Positions 10,741 through 20,132 of a stretch of DNA of 64,000 bases are shown one piece after another (the stretch's first letter is position 1; every line of letters begins with the position of its first letter). The notes beneath the pieces were generated by a model that did not search any database, had not been told where the DNA came from, and saw only the letters and a program-made list of their open reading frames with translations. The position numbers were made by a program, and so were the translations under genes. This DNA comes from Acidobacteriota bacterium (GTDB taxonomy: Bacteria; Acidobacteriota; UBA890; WLXD01): contig CBDBHB010000009.1 of the NCBI GenBank assembly GCA_965205505.1, forward strand, positions 736,001 to 800,000, read 5' to 3'.

Positions 10741-11517
10741 ATGGGTGTCATCGGAACGGTGGACAGCCTCTGGCGCTATCCAGTGAAGAGCATGCGAGGC
10801 GAGGAGCTGCACGAGGCGTTCATAGGGTTTTCCGGGGTGTACGGTGATCGTCTGTTCGCCTTTCGCAGCTCCGCTGGCGTCCCGGGCTTTCCCTACCTGA
10901 CGGGTCGAGAGCTCGGAGAGATGCTCCGCTATCGTCCACGTTTCCGGCACCCGGACAAGGCAGTGTGCCCGCCGAATCTGGCCGAAGCCGAGAGCATCGC
11001 GCCCGGCCTGAGCCCCGTCTTCTCCAGCCCGGCGGAACTCATGGTCGATGTCGAGGCTCCCTCGGGAGACCTGTTCGCCATTGACCAGCCCGAGCTATTG
11101 GACATGCTCGGCAACGACACACGTGCGCTGACGTTGCTTCGATCGGAGCGGGCGATGACGGACTGTCGTCCGGTATCGCTCTTCGGTCTGCAGACCGTAG
11201 GCCAGCTCGGCGAGGAGATCGGCTCACCCGTCGACAAGCGATGCTTTCGAGCCAATATCTACGTCGATTTCCAAGGTGCCCAGGGATTCTCTGAAGACGC
11301 GCTTGTCGGACAGTCGCTGCAAATTGGATCCAAGGCCGTGATCTCGATTCTGGAGCGCGATCCGCGCTGCAAGATGATCAGTCTGGATCCCGACACCGGC
11401 GAGTCGAATCCGGAGATCCTACGAAAGGTCGCCCTCTCGCACGATGGCAAGGCCGGAGTCTATGGGGCGGTGCTCGTTGAAGGCATGATCCAAAAGGGCG
11501 ATGTAGTTGTGACCTGA
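10741..11517 (+). CDS. MOSC domain-containing protein
   Basis: LWRYPVKSMRGE, GDRLFA, RCFRANI, RC...DPDTG, GVYGAV. Confidence 0.9.
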   Translation: MGVIGTVDSLWRYPVKSMRGEELHEAFIGFSGVYGDRLFAFRSSAGVPGFPYLTGRELGEMLRYRPRFRHPDKAVCPPNLAEAESIAPGLSPVFSSPAELMVDVEAPSGDLFAIDQPELLDMLGNDTRALTLLRSERAMTDCRPVSLFGLQTVGQLGEEIGSPVDKRCFRANIYVDFQGAQGFSEDALVGQSLQIGSKAVISILERDPRCKMISLDPDTGESNPEILRKVALSHDGKAGVYGAVLVEGMIQKGDVVVT

Positions 11518-11569
11518 TCGCTTTCCCACCGAAACATGAGCGTGCGGAGGGCGCCGGAGTCCGATTCCG

Positions 11570-11598
11570 TTGACTTGGCAGGGGGGGCACGGCAGTAT
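11570..11598 (+). promoter_or_regulatory. Candidate sigma70-type promoter (TTGACT-17 bp-CAGTAT) with a G7 tract in the spacer
   Basis: Sequence match only, about 50 bp upstream of the GTG at 11649. Confidence 0.35.
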
Positions 11599-11648
11599 CC
11601 GCGCCCGAGACTCAGCCCCGAGTCGGGGCGTTCACCAGGAGCTGCCCC

Positions 11649-12866
11649 GTGAGAAAGACACGAGTCGCTGTTGCGCTTACCGTTGCGTTGGCCATCGCCA
11701 TTCCGGCAGTCGCCTAGCTGTGCACGATCGATGCGGTGTCGGCTGCCACGCTCCTACTGCCCTACTTCGAGGTCAACCTCAAGAAACTCGACAGCACCCA
11801 GCAGAAGGAATCGACGCTCTTCTCGATCAACAACGCGAGTGCGGCGCCGACGATTGCCCACGTCGTGCTCTGGACCGACATGTCGATCCCGGCGCTCGCC
11901 TTCGACGTGTTCCTCACCGGATACGATGTGCAGACCATTTACATGGACGACCTGTTCCGCGGCGACATTCCCGGATTCATGTCTGACGGCTGCGTAGGAC
12001 AGCCGGACACGACCACGCTTACCGACGGCGAGCTGCTCGACCTGCGCGACTCGCACATAGGAAACCAGGTGGGCGGCCTCTGCCTCAGCCAGCGGCACAC
12101 CGACCAGATCGCCCGCGGCTATGTGACGATCGACAGTGTCAACAACTGCTCGACGCTCTTCCCCGGCGACAGCGGCTACTTCGGCAGCGGTGGCGTGGCC
12201 ACCGACGACAACGTGTTCTGGGGCGAGTACACGGTGTTCAACACCAAGCGGAAGTACGCCGAGACCGAGCAACTCGTCTCCGTCGAGGCGGCGGCGCCAT
12301 TCGGCACCTCCACCACCGATACCACCTTCGGCCCCGGCTCCTACACTTTCTACGGCCGCTACGTCGACTGGGACGGCAGCGATAACCGCGAGCCGCTGGT
12401 CTCCCCGTGGGGGGCGCGGTACTGGAACCAGGGCAGGAGCAATACCGCGAGTCAGGTAGTCGTGTGGCGCGACTCCGGCTTCGAGCAGCAGCCGTTCGAG
12501 TGCAACTTCAGCCCGGGCGACTTCTGGTATCCGCTGAGCCAGGAAAAGATCCTGATGTACGACGAGGAAGAGCTCGTCGCGGAAGTCTTCGGTGTTCCGG
12601 TGCCGTTCCCTGCCGAGACGCAGCAGGTCAGGGTGGGGAGCAACTTGCTGCCGACCCCCTACTCGGTTGGCTGGTTGTACCTGGACCTGGGGGTCGGCGG
12701 CCAGCCCCTGCAGTCCCACGTCACGGTGCGTCACGCCTTCGTCCACAAGAAGGCGCGGTCCCGTGTGGCCGGCATCGGGGGGCCGCTGTTAAGCGACAAT
12801 GGCGACGGGATAGTCTTCCAAGGCTGTCCCGCGGCGCCCGACTTCTCGGTGTCGGAAACCCGGTGA
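11649..12866 (+). pseudogene. Secreted hypothetical protein (CTIDxVxAATLLLPYFEV-type N-terminus) interrupted by in-frame TAG at 11715
   Basis: GTG 11649 after CAGGAG gives signal peptide MRKTRVAVALTVALAIAIPAVA, then TAG, then LCTIDAVSAATLLLPYFEV in the same frame as ORF 11736..12866. Confidence 0.7.
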
Positions 12867-12912
12867 CCATGACCGGAGGGTCCCGACGCGTACCGAAAGG
12901 TAGATCGACGGA

Positions 12913-14256
12913 TTGAGCCGTTGTCTGCCCGCGTCGCGGCGGCTGCTTTTGGGTCTTCTCGCGATGCTGCTGATCGCTTCGAGTGGCACCGGTCAGGGAA
13001 CCGAAGATCTCGAGTTGGAGTTGATCGGTGCCGGGCTGCCGGATCGTGGACAGTGGCGCAACGGGTTCGACGTTGCCGACATGAACGGCGATGACGCTCT
13101 GGATATCGTTCATGGCCCGCCGCGCGCCGGCGACGGGCGACCGGTCATCTACCTCGGTGACGGCGCTGGCAGCTTCAAGCGCTGGGAAGCGGCCGCATTC
13201 CCGAACCTACCGTACGACTATGGCGACGCCGCGGCCGCCGATTTTGACGGCGACGGCTCCATGGACCTGGCGCTGGCCGTTCATCTCCGTGGGATCGTGG
13301 CGCTGCTCGGCGATGGAGCCGGGAACTTCCGCAGCTGGCGGGACGGGCTCGCACTGGCGGTTCCCGGTGACGGGTCGAGCGCGCGCCCGTTCTCGTCCCG
13401 AGCCATTCACGCCGCCGACTGGAACGGCGACGGCCGTCCGGATCTGGTCGCCCTGGGCGAGGGCCCCGGCCGCGGCGACTTCACCACGCCTGGCACCGGC
13501 GCCGATTCCTCATACGGGATCCGCGTCTGGCTGAACCCCAGCACGCCCTCCAGCAGCTGGCAGTTGGTGACCCCGCCCGATCCGGAAAAGTCGGTGTTCG
13601 GCGACTCTCTTGCGGTTGCCGACCTCAACGGCGACGGTCGGCTCGACCTGGTGACCGCGTCGCAGATCTACTCGCGTCGCGACATCGTGAACTTCGGCCG
13701 CCAGGATGACGGTTGGACCGTCATCGATGTGACCGCTCTGCCCCGGCGGGCGTATGTGTCGCCCGTCGCCGCGACCGATCGTGACGGCGATGGCAGAAGC
13801 GAGCTTGCCGTCGCCTCCTTGCGGCTACGGGCCGGGGATTGGGTGAGTCGTATCGACGTGCTGGCATGGCAGTCGGGCAGAGGGTTTTCCAGTCATCTGG
13901 TGGCGGAGTTGGTGGACCGGGGTGGCTTCGCGGGCCTCGCCTGGGGCGACCTGAACGGAGACGGCGCCAGCGACCTGGTGGCCGCGCACGCTTCCGGCGC
14001 CGTTTGGATCTTCGTCGGCGACGATGCCGGCGGGCTAACCTGGGCGCGCGCCCCCATGCTGGGATCGGCTGGTGAGGTCTGTAAGGGCTATCACGTGAGG
14101 CTCGCAGATCTCGATGGCGACGGCCGCGACGAGATCATCGCCGCCTTCGCCGGTGAGCCGCCGCCTCCAGCCGCTGCACTGACCGGCTCGTCAACGACGG
14201 CCGGGTGCGTCTCGGGCGGCAGCATCCGTGCGTGGAGATTGCGGCTCGAGCAGTAG
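12913..14256 (+). CDS. FG-GAP/VCBS repeat secreted protein
   Basis: Signal peptide plus about seven DxNGDGxxDL-type repeats. Confidence 0.88.
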   Translation: MSRCLPASRRLLLGLLAMLLIASSGTGQGTEDLELELIGAGLPDRGQWRNGFDVADMNGDDALDIVHGPPRAGDGRPVIYLGDGAGSFKRWEAAAFPNLPYDYGDAAAADFDGDGSMDLALAVHLRGIVALLGDGAGNFRSWRDGLALAVPGDGSSARPFSSRAIHAADWNGDGRPDLVALGEGPGRGDFTTPGTGADSSYGIRVWLNPSTPSSSWQLVTPPDPEKSVFGDSLAVADLNGDGRLDLVTASQIYSRRDIVNFGRQDDGWTVIDVTALPRRAYVSPVAATDRDGDGRSELAVASLRLRAGDWVSRIDVLAWQSGRGFSSHLVAELVDRGGFAGLAWGDLNGDGASDLVAAHASGAVWIFVGDDAGGLTWARAPMLGSAGEVCKGYHVRLADLDGDGRDEIIAAFAGEPPPPAAALTGSSTTAGCVSGGSIRAWRLRLEQ

Positions 14257-14368
14257 CCCCGCCAAAGGCGGCTACCGGTCATGGCTCGTCCGAATCCGCC
14301 CGGCGCAGCGCCCGCGCCGACCGACTATTCTCACAATCTCGTCGATACTCCGAGCCAAGGAAATTCCC

Positions 14369-17134
14369 ATGCGAGCCAAGTTCGCACCGCTCCCGTGCGT
14401 CACCGCACTTTCCACGTTGCTCCTAATCATCTCTGTCGCCAGCGATGCCCCAGCGCAGCAGCTCTCGGAGCAGTTTCTGGAGCGGGTCCATTACCGGGAG
14501 ATCGGCCCGACGCGCCAGGGGGGGCGCATCGTCGACCTGGCAGTTCCCGACCGCACCAAGCAGCCGTATACCTTCTACGTCGCGGCGGCGAACGGCGGTC
14601 TATGGAAGACCACCAACAACGGGCAAACTTTCGCGCCCATCTTCGACGATCAGAACGTCATCGCCATGGGCGCCGTTGCGGTTGCTCCTTCGGAGCCGGA
14701 TGTTGTCTGGGTCGGCACCGGCGAGGCCAACAACAGCATCACGGATCCGTATGCCTCGTACTGGGGCGACGGTGTCTACAAGTCGACGGACGGCGGTGCG
14801 AGCTGGGCGAACATGGGTCTGGGCGACACGCACCAGATCGGCCGCATCGTCGTTCATCCGCAAGATGCGGACGTCGTCTACGTGGCGGCGCTTGGCCACC
14901 TGTACTCCGACAATGCCGAGCGGGGCGTGTTCAAGACCGACGACGGAGGCGTTACCTGGGCCCAGGTATTGAAAATCACCGAGGGTGATCGGCACATCAG
15001 CGTGGTCGACCTGGTGATGAGCCCGCAGGATCCGGAAGTGCTCTACGCCGCCGCGTATGACCGCGCCGCCACCCCGTGGATGTTCCGTCAGGGCGGCCCG
15101 GCGGGTGGCATCTACAAGACCACCGACGGGGGTGCGACCTGGACGAAGCTGGACGGCCTGCCGCCGGGCGATATCGGCCGGATCGGGCTGACGATCTCGC
15201 CGCGGAACCCCGAGATTCTCTACGCCAGCGTCCTGCTGCCGGGTGATTCGCAGGAGCCGGAGCGCCGGTACGAAAACTGGGTCTACCGCACCGACGATGC
15301 CGGTGAAACGTGGCTACGGACGCACTCCGAGCCGCTCGTGGGTGGCTCCTATTTCGGCCAGATCCGCATCGATCCGAACGACCCGGAGCACGTCTACGTG
15401 CTTGCCTTCGGCAATCAGCATTCCGTTGACGGGGGTCGAACCTGGAGCCTCGCCTTCCGCTGGGGCGGCGACAACCATGCGCTGTGGATCGATCCGAGCG
15501 ATTCTCGGCACATGCTGCTCGGATACGACTACGGCATGGCGATCACCTACGACTCCGGCGACAACTGGTACCACCCCGACGAGCTGCCCCTGGCACAGTT
15601 CTACGGCATCTGTACCGACATGGCGTATCCGTACAACGTTTACGGAGGAACACAGGACTTCGGGACGTGGAAGGGTCCGAGCACCAAGAAGGGTCGCTTC
15701 CCGATCCGTTTCGAGGATTGGGAGCACATGCTCGGGGGGGACGGGTACTTCTGTCAGGTCGACCCGACGAACAACCGATGGCTGTACGCGGAGTCGCAGA
15801 ACGGCTCGCTGTCGAAGGTCGACATGCGGACGGGAAGGCGCAAGGGCATTCGGTATCGAGGTTCCGATCTGCGCTTCAACTTCGATGCGCCGCTGCTCAT
15901 CTCGCCGCACAACAGCGATGTCATCTATCACGGTGCCAACGTGCTGCTGCGCTCCGCCTTCCAGGGCGAGAACTGGGAGGCCATCAGCCCGGATTTGACC
16001 ACCAACGACCCGCAGCGCCGCGATGTCGGACCGCTCGCCTACAGCACCCTCACCACGTTGGATGAGTCGCCGGTGCAACAGGGAGTGATCTGGGTCGGCA
16101 CCGACGACGGCAACGTGCAGCTCACCCGCGACGGGGGCGAGAGCTGGGAGTTGCTCAACGACAGCATCGTGGGCAACCCCGGGTACTGGGTTTCGAGCGT
16201 GGAGGCGTCCCACCACGACGCCGGCACGGCCTTCGTCGCCTACTTTGGCAGGCGGCGCGACGATTTCCGGCCGTTCGTGTTCAAGACGACCGACTTCGGC
16301 GCTACCTGGACGGAGATCGTCGACGGCCTGCCCAACGATGAGCCGATCAACGTGGTGGTCGAGGACCACAAGAATCCGAACCTGCTGTTCGCCGGCAGCG
16401 AGAAGGCTGTCTACGTGAGCATCGATGGCGGCGCTCACTGGGCGCGAATGCAGAGCAACATGCCCAGCGTCGGCGTCCACGACCTGGTGATTCACCCACG
16501 CGAGAACGATCTCGTCGTCGGCACCCACGGACGTGGCTTCTTCATCGCCGACATCTCGCCGTTGCAGGAGCTCGACCCCGAGTTGATGGCGAGTGACGCG
16601 CATCTGTTCGACATAGAGCCCGAGGTTCAGTGGGTCATGCCGTCGCAGCGGGCCGTCAGCGCCCAGAACTTCGCCGGCGAGAACGAGCCGTATGGGGTGG
16701 TCATCAACTACTATCTCCGCGAGGCTGTCGCAGGCGGTGGGAGCGTTCGAATCTACGAAGGCATCCGGCTGATCAATGAGCTCAGCGTCACTGCAGACGC
16801 CGGGTTGAACCGCGCCATCTGGCCAATGACGTGGCGGCAGCCACGGTCGCCTGAAGCGATCGCCCGGTGGGATCGGCGTCAGGAGTTTGGCGCCCGGGAT
16901 CCGCAGTTCTTCGACTACTACGACACGGTGGATTTCTACGGCGACCCGAATGAAGAGGTCACCGCCGACGGCATGTCGATGCGCACCAGGGTGGACGATG
17001 CGGGCCCAACCGAGCGTGATTACAGGTATTTTCGCGTCCAGCCAGGCACCTACCGGATTGTTCTCGAAGTCGTCGGAGAACAGCTGCAGGGACAGGCCGA
17101 GATCCTCGTGGACCACTGGTTCGAGCGCCGCTGA
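14369..17134 (+). CDS. VPS10/sortilin-like BNR-repeat (glycosyl hydrolase-like) secreted protein
   Basis: REIGPTRQGGRI, many SxDGGxTW Asp-box repeats, VYGGTQD, GTHGRG. Confidence 0.9.
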   Translation: MRAKFAPLPCVTALSTLLLIISVASDAPAQQLSEQFLERVHYREIGPTRQGGRIVDLAVPDRTKQPYTFYVAAANGGLWKTTNNGQTFAPIFDDQNVIAMGAVAVAPSEPDVVWVGTGEANNSITDPYASYWGDGVYKSTDGGASWANMGLGDTHQIGRIVVHPQDADVVYVAALGHLYSDNAERGVFKTDDGGVTWAQVLKITEGDRHISVVDLVMSPQDPEVLYAAAYDRAATPWMFRQGGPAGGIYKTTDGGATWTKLDGLPPGDIGRIGLTISPRNPEILYASVLLPGDSQEPERRYENWVYRTDDAGETWLRTHSEPLVGGSYFGQIRIDPNDPEHVYVLAFGNQHSVDGGRTWSLAFRWGGDNHALWIDPSDSRHMLLGYDYGMAITYDSGDNWYHPDELPLAQFYGICTDMAYPYNVYGGTQDFGTWKGPSTKKGRFPIRFEDWEHMLGGDGYFCQVDPTNNRWLYAESQNGSLSKVDMRTGRRKGIRYRGSDLRFNFDAPLLISPHNSDVIYHGANVLLRSAFQGENWEAISPDLTTNDPQRRDVGPLAYSTLTTLDESPVQQGVIWVGTDDGNVQLTRDGGESWELLNDSIVGNPGYWVSSVEASHHDAGTAFVAYFGRRRDDFRPFVFKTTDFGATWTEIVDGLPNDEPINVVVEDHKNPNLLFAGSEKAVYVSIDGGAHWARMQSNMPSVGVHDLVIHPRENDLVVGTHGRGFFIADISPLQELDPELMASDAHLFDIEPEVQWVMPSQRAVSAQNFAGENEPYGVVINYYLREAVAGGGSVRIYEGIRLINELSVTADAGLNRAIWPMTWRQPRSPEAIARWDRRQEFGARDPQFFDYYDTVDFYGDPNEEVTADGMSMRTRVDDAGPTERDYRYFRVQPGTYRIVLEVVGEQLQGQAEILVDHWFERR

Positions 17135-17218
17135 ACGCGAGTCGTTCTGGTTGGGAGGAATGGCGAGGGCACCGGCAAGAGAAACGACCAACGACAGCGC
17201 CGCCAGGCGAATGAGCAT
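17131..17218 (-). pseudogene. Orphan signal-peptide stub (MLIRLAALSLVVSLAGALAIPPNQ...)
   Basis: ATG 17218 after AAGGAG; a textbook signal peptide that runs directly into the antisense of the convergent VPS10 gene. Confidence 0.5.
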
Positions 17219-17283
17219 TCGGTTTCTCCTTGGTGTTCGCGATCGACCCGAGCCCGACATCGGCCAGAGATCTGAGAATGTCG

Positions 17284-19059
17284 TCAGTCTGCTTCGCCGG
17301 TTTGCAGTCGCCAGAGCGCTGCATACAGCCCGTCGTGGCCGACCAACTCCTCGTGCGTTCCACTCTCGACGATGCGGCCGTGATCCAGTACATGAATGGC
17401 GTCGGCGTGGCGGACGGTCGATAGTCGGTGCGCCACGATGAGCGTTGTGCGGCCGCGGGCGGCATGGACCAGCGATCGCTGGATGGCGGCCTCGGTCTCG
17501 TTGTCCACCGCCGAGGTAGCTTCGTCGAGTACCAGGATCGCCGGGTCGCGGTAGAAGGCGCGCGCTAGGGCGATGCGCTGCCGTTGGCCGCCCGACAGCT
17601 GGGTGCCGCGCTCGCCCACCAGGCTCAGGTAACCGTGCGGCAGCGTCTGGATGAAGTCGTGTACCTCGGCGGCGCGGGCGGCGACCTCGACCGCGTCCAT
17701 GTCGGGGGTGAGCTCGCCATACGCGATGTTCTCGGCGACGGTGCCGTCGGTGAGGAAGGGATCCTGCGCGACATAACCGATCGCCTCGCGCAGCGACCCG
17801 GGGTCGTAGTGGGTTATGTCCGTGCCGTCGAGCAGAATGCTGCCGCGCGTCGCGTCGAGAAAGCGCATCAGCAGCTTCAGCACCGTGCTCTTGCCGCCCC
17901 CGGTGGCGCCGACGAGGGCTACGGTGGCACCGGCGGGAACTTGGAAATCGACCCCGCTGATGGCTGGTTTGCCGTCGTATGCGAAGTGCAGGTCTTCGAA
18001 GCGGAGCTTTGCGGTGGCACCAGCGGGTACCGGCGCATCGGGCCGTGCCGGAGCCGGCGTGTCCAGTAGGTTCATGATGCGGGTTACCGAGGCCATGGCG
18101 CGGTTGTACAGGTCGGTCAGCTCGGCCATGGCGGTGAGAGGCCAGAGCAGACGCTGTGTCAGGTAGACGAGAGCGGAGTAGCTGCCGACGCCGATGGTGC
18201 TGCGTAGCGCCAGGATGCCGCCGTAAAGCAGGGTGGCGATGAAGCCCAACAGCACCGCCATGCGAATCACCGGGTTGATGGCGGCGGCGAACCGAATCGC
18301 GTCGGCGTTGCGGGCGCGGTAGGCGTCGGAGGCGGAACGCAGGTGCTCGGCCTCGAACTCCTCGGCCGTATACGCCTGGATGGTGGCCATGCCAAACAGG
18401 TTGTTGTTGAGACGCGCCGAGAGCGCACCTGCCGCATCGCGTGCGGCCGCATAGCGTGGTGCCAGGCGTCGTTGAAACCAAAAGGCACCGAAGATGATCA
18501 AGGGAATCGGCAGGAGGGCCAGCATCGCCAGGTCGGCGGTGATCGCGAAGAACACCGCGCCCACCAGAATCGACGAGAAGAACACCTGGATCAGGTTGTT
18601 GGCGCCAGTATTGAGAAAGCGCTCGACCTGGTTGACGTCCTCGTTGAGCAACGCCATCAGACGGCCGCTGCGCTCTTGCTCGATGAATGCCGGAGGCAAC
18701 TGCTGAAGGTGTGAGTAGGCGGCCTGGCGCAGCTCGTGCTGAAGATCCTGTGCCAGCCCCCGCCACTTGAGCGCGTACAAATACTCGAAGAACGATTCCA
18801 GGGCCCACACCACCACCGTCAGCGCCACCAGCACCCACAGCTGCTGGACAGGGTCGGCGATACCCCGCCGTGCCAGGAACGAGTCGCGCTGGTTCACCAC
18901 CACGTCCACAGCGACGCCGATCAACAGCTCCGGCAACACATCGAAGAACTTGTTGAGCAGTGAGTACGCAGTGGCGAGGTAGGCGTCGCGTCGAAAAGGT
19001 CGGGCAAAGCCGAAGAGCCGGCGAAGTGGGCTGAGTTCGGGCGCGTGGGGTGCGGTCAT
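17284..19059 (-). CDS. ABC transporter, fused permease/ATP-binding protein (MsbA/MdlB-like)
   Basis: TM domain, Walker A GATGGGKST, LSGGQRQR, LDEATSAVD, AHRLST. Confidence 0.95.
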   Translation of the reverse strand: MTAPHAPELSPLRRLFGFARPFRRDAYLATAYSLLNKFFDVLPELLIGVAVDVVVNQRDSFLARRGIADPVQQLWVLVALTVVVWALESFFEYLYALKWRGLAQDLQHELRQAAYSHLQQLPPAFIEQERSGRLMALLNEDVNQVERFLNTGANNLIQVFFSSILVGAVFFAITADLAMLALLPIPLIIFGAFWFQRRLAPRYAAARDAAGALSARLNNNLFGMATIQAYTAEEFEAEHLRSASDAYRARNADAIRFAAAINPVIRMAVLLGFIATLLYGGILALRSTIGVGSYSALVYLTQRLLWPLTAMAELTDLYNRAMASVTRIMNLLDTPAPARPDAPVPAGATAKLRFEDLHFAYDGKPAISGVDFQVPAGATVALVGATGGGKSTVLKLLMRFLDATRGSILLDGTDITHYDPGSLREAIGYVAQDPFLTDGTVAENIAYGELTPDMDAVEVAARAAEVHDFIQTLPHGYLSLVGERGTQLSGGQRQRIALARAFYRDPAILVLDEATSAVDNETEAAIQRSLVHAARGRTTLIVAHRLSTVRHADAIHVLDHGRIVESGTHEELVGHDGLYAALWRLQTGEAD

Positions 19060-19120
19060 GCAGGGAGGGCTCGCGATCGAAGAACTGGCGGCATCGCGCC
19101 AGGTTGCTGCTTCTGCCTGG

Positions 19121-19930
19121 CTAGCGGGGCAGCTCCTGGCGATAGAGATTACCCGTCGCGTCGGTACGCGAGTAGACGATCTCGAATGGCGTCGGCGAGG
19201 CCGACGGAACGGCGAAGAACTGACCGCTCAGCAGGCGCCGGGCCCCGGCGCTCTCGAACGACTCGCCGGTCGGGTACTCGGGCAAGCCGGCGGGTATCTC
19301 CAGCCCCTGGGCGTTCTCCAGCGCCCAGGTGGTGGCGATCATGCCGGCGTTGGTGAACAGGAACCAGCGATTTCCTGGCGTCCAGTAGAAGTCCCAGCCG
19401 CGCGCCAGGAACCTGGGCTCCGCCTCGCCTGCCGGGGTGGCCTCGGCGAGCTTGGCGAGACCGAAGTCGAGGACCTTGGTCTGGCCGTCCTTGGAGATCA
19501 GCAAATTGTCTGGTTTCAGGTCGCGGTGCACGATGCCGGCGGCGTGGGCGGCGGTCAGTGCTCCGGCGACCTGTTGACTGATCTCGATGACCTCTTGTAG
19601 TGGCAGACGCCCGGCGTCCAGACGCTCCCGCAGCGTCTGACTGTCGAGATACTCCTGCACCATGAAGTGGAGGGTCTGCCCGTCGTCCGTCGCTATTGCT
19701 CCGACGTCGTGAACCACCGCGATGTGCGGATGGTTCAACGCGGCCGCCGCCTGTGCTTCCTGTTTGAAGCGCGCCAGGCGGTCGTGATCGTCGGCCAGCT
19801 CCGCTGGCAGCACCTTGATCGCCACCTTGCGGCCCAGGCGAGTGTCCTCTCCCAGGTACACCTCACCCATGCCGCCAGCACCGAGCTGCTCGAGAATCGC
19901 GTAGGGGCCTAGTCGAGTTCCGGGTTCCAT
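19121..19930 (-). pseudogene. Hanks-type Ser/Thr kinase with large in-frame internal deletion
   Basis: LGAGGMGEVY, VAIK, HRDLKPDN and DFGLAK present; the GTxxYMSPE motif and whole C-lobe are absent, replaced by about 100 aa of beta-rich tail. Confidence 0.75.
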
Positions 19931-20132
19931 AGAGGGGCAGACTACGCTTCGGCAGCGTCGGGCTTCAACTCGGACGTCGGCTGCTCTGGCTGAGCTGCCT
20001 GCATGCGGGCAGGCCCACGAACGTGAACGATGCCGCCGACGCGTTTACCATGCAGCGGAGTCATCGCCCAATCGATAGCCCGCTAACCTCACGACAACGG
20101 TGGCGCCGCGCTGCCGCAACAGGACCCCGACC

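Noticed and set aside
11715-11717. Pyrrolysine or amber recoding
   Set aside because: TAG is used as a normal stop by many genes here, no pyl genes are in view, and the position is not catalytic.
15314-18838. 1174-aa minus-strand ORF
   Set aside because: Made of an off-frame read of the ABC gene plus the antisense of the VPS10 gene; typical of high-GC DNA. Only the stub at 17218 looks genuine.
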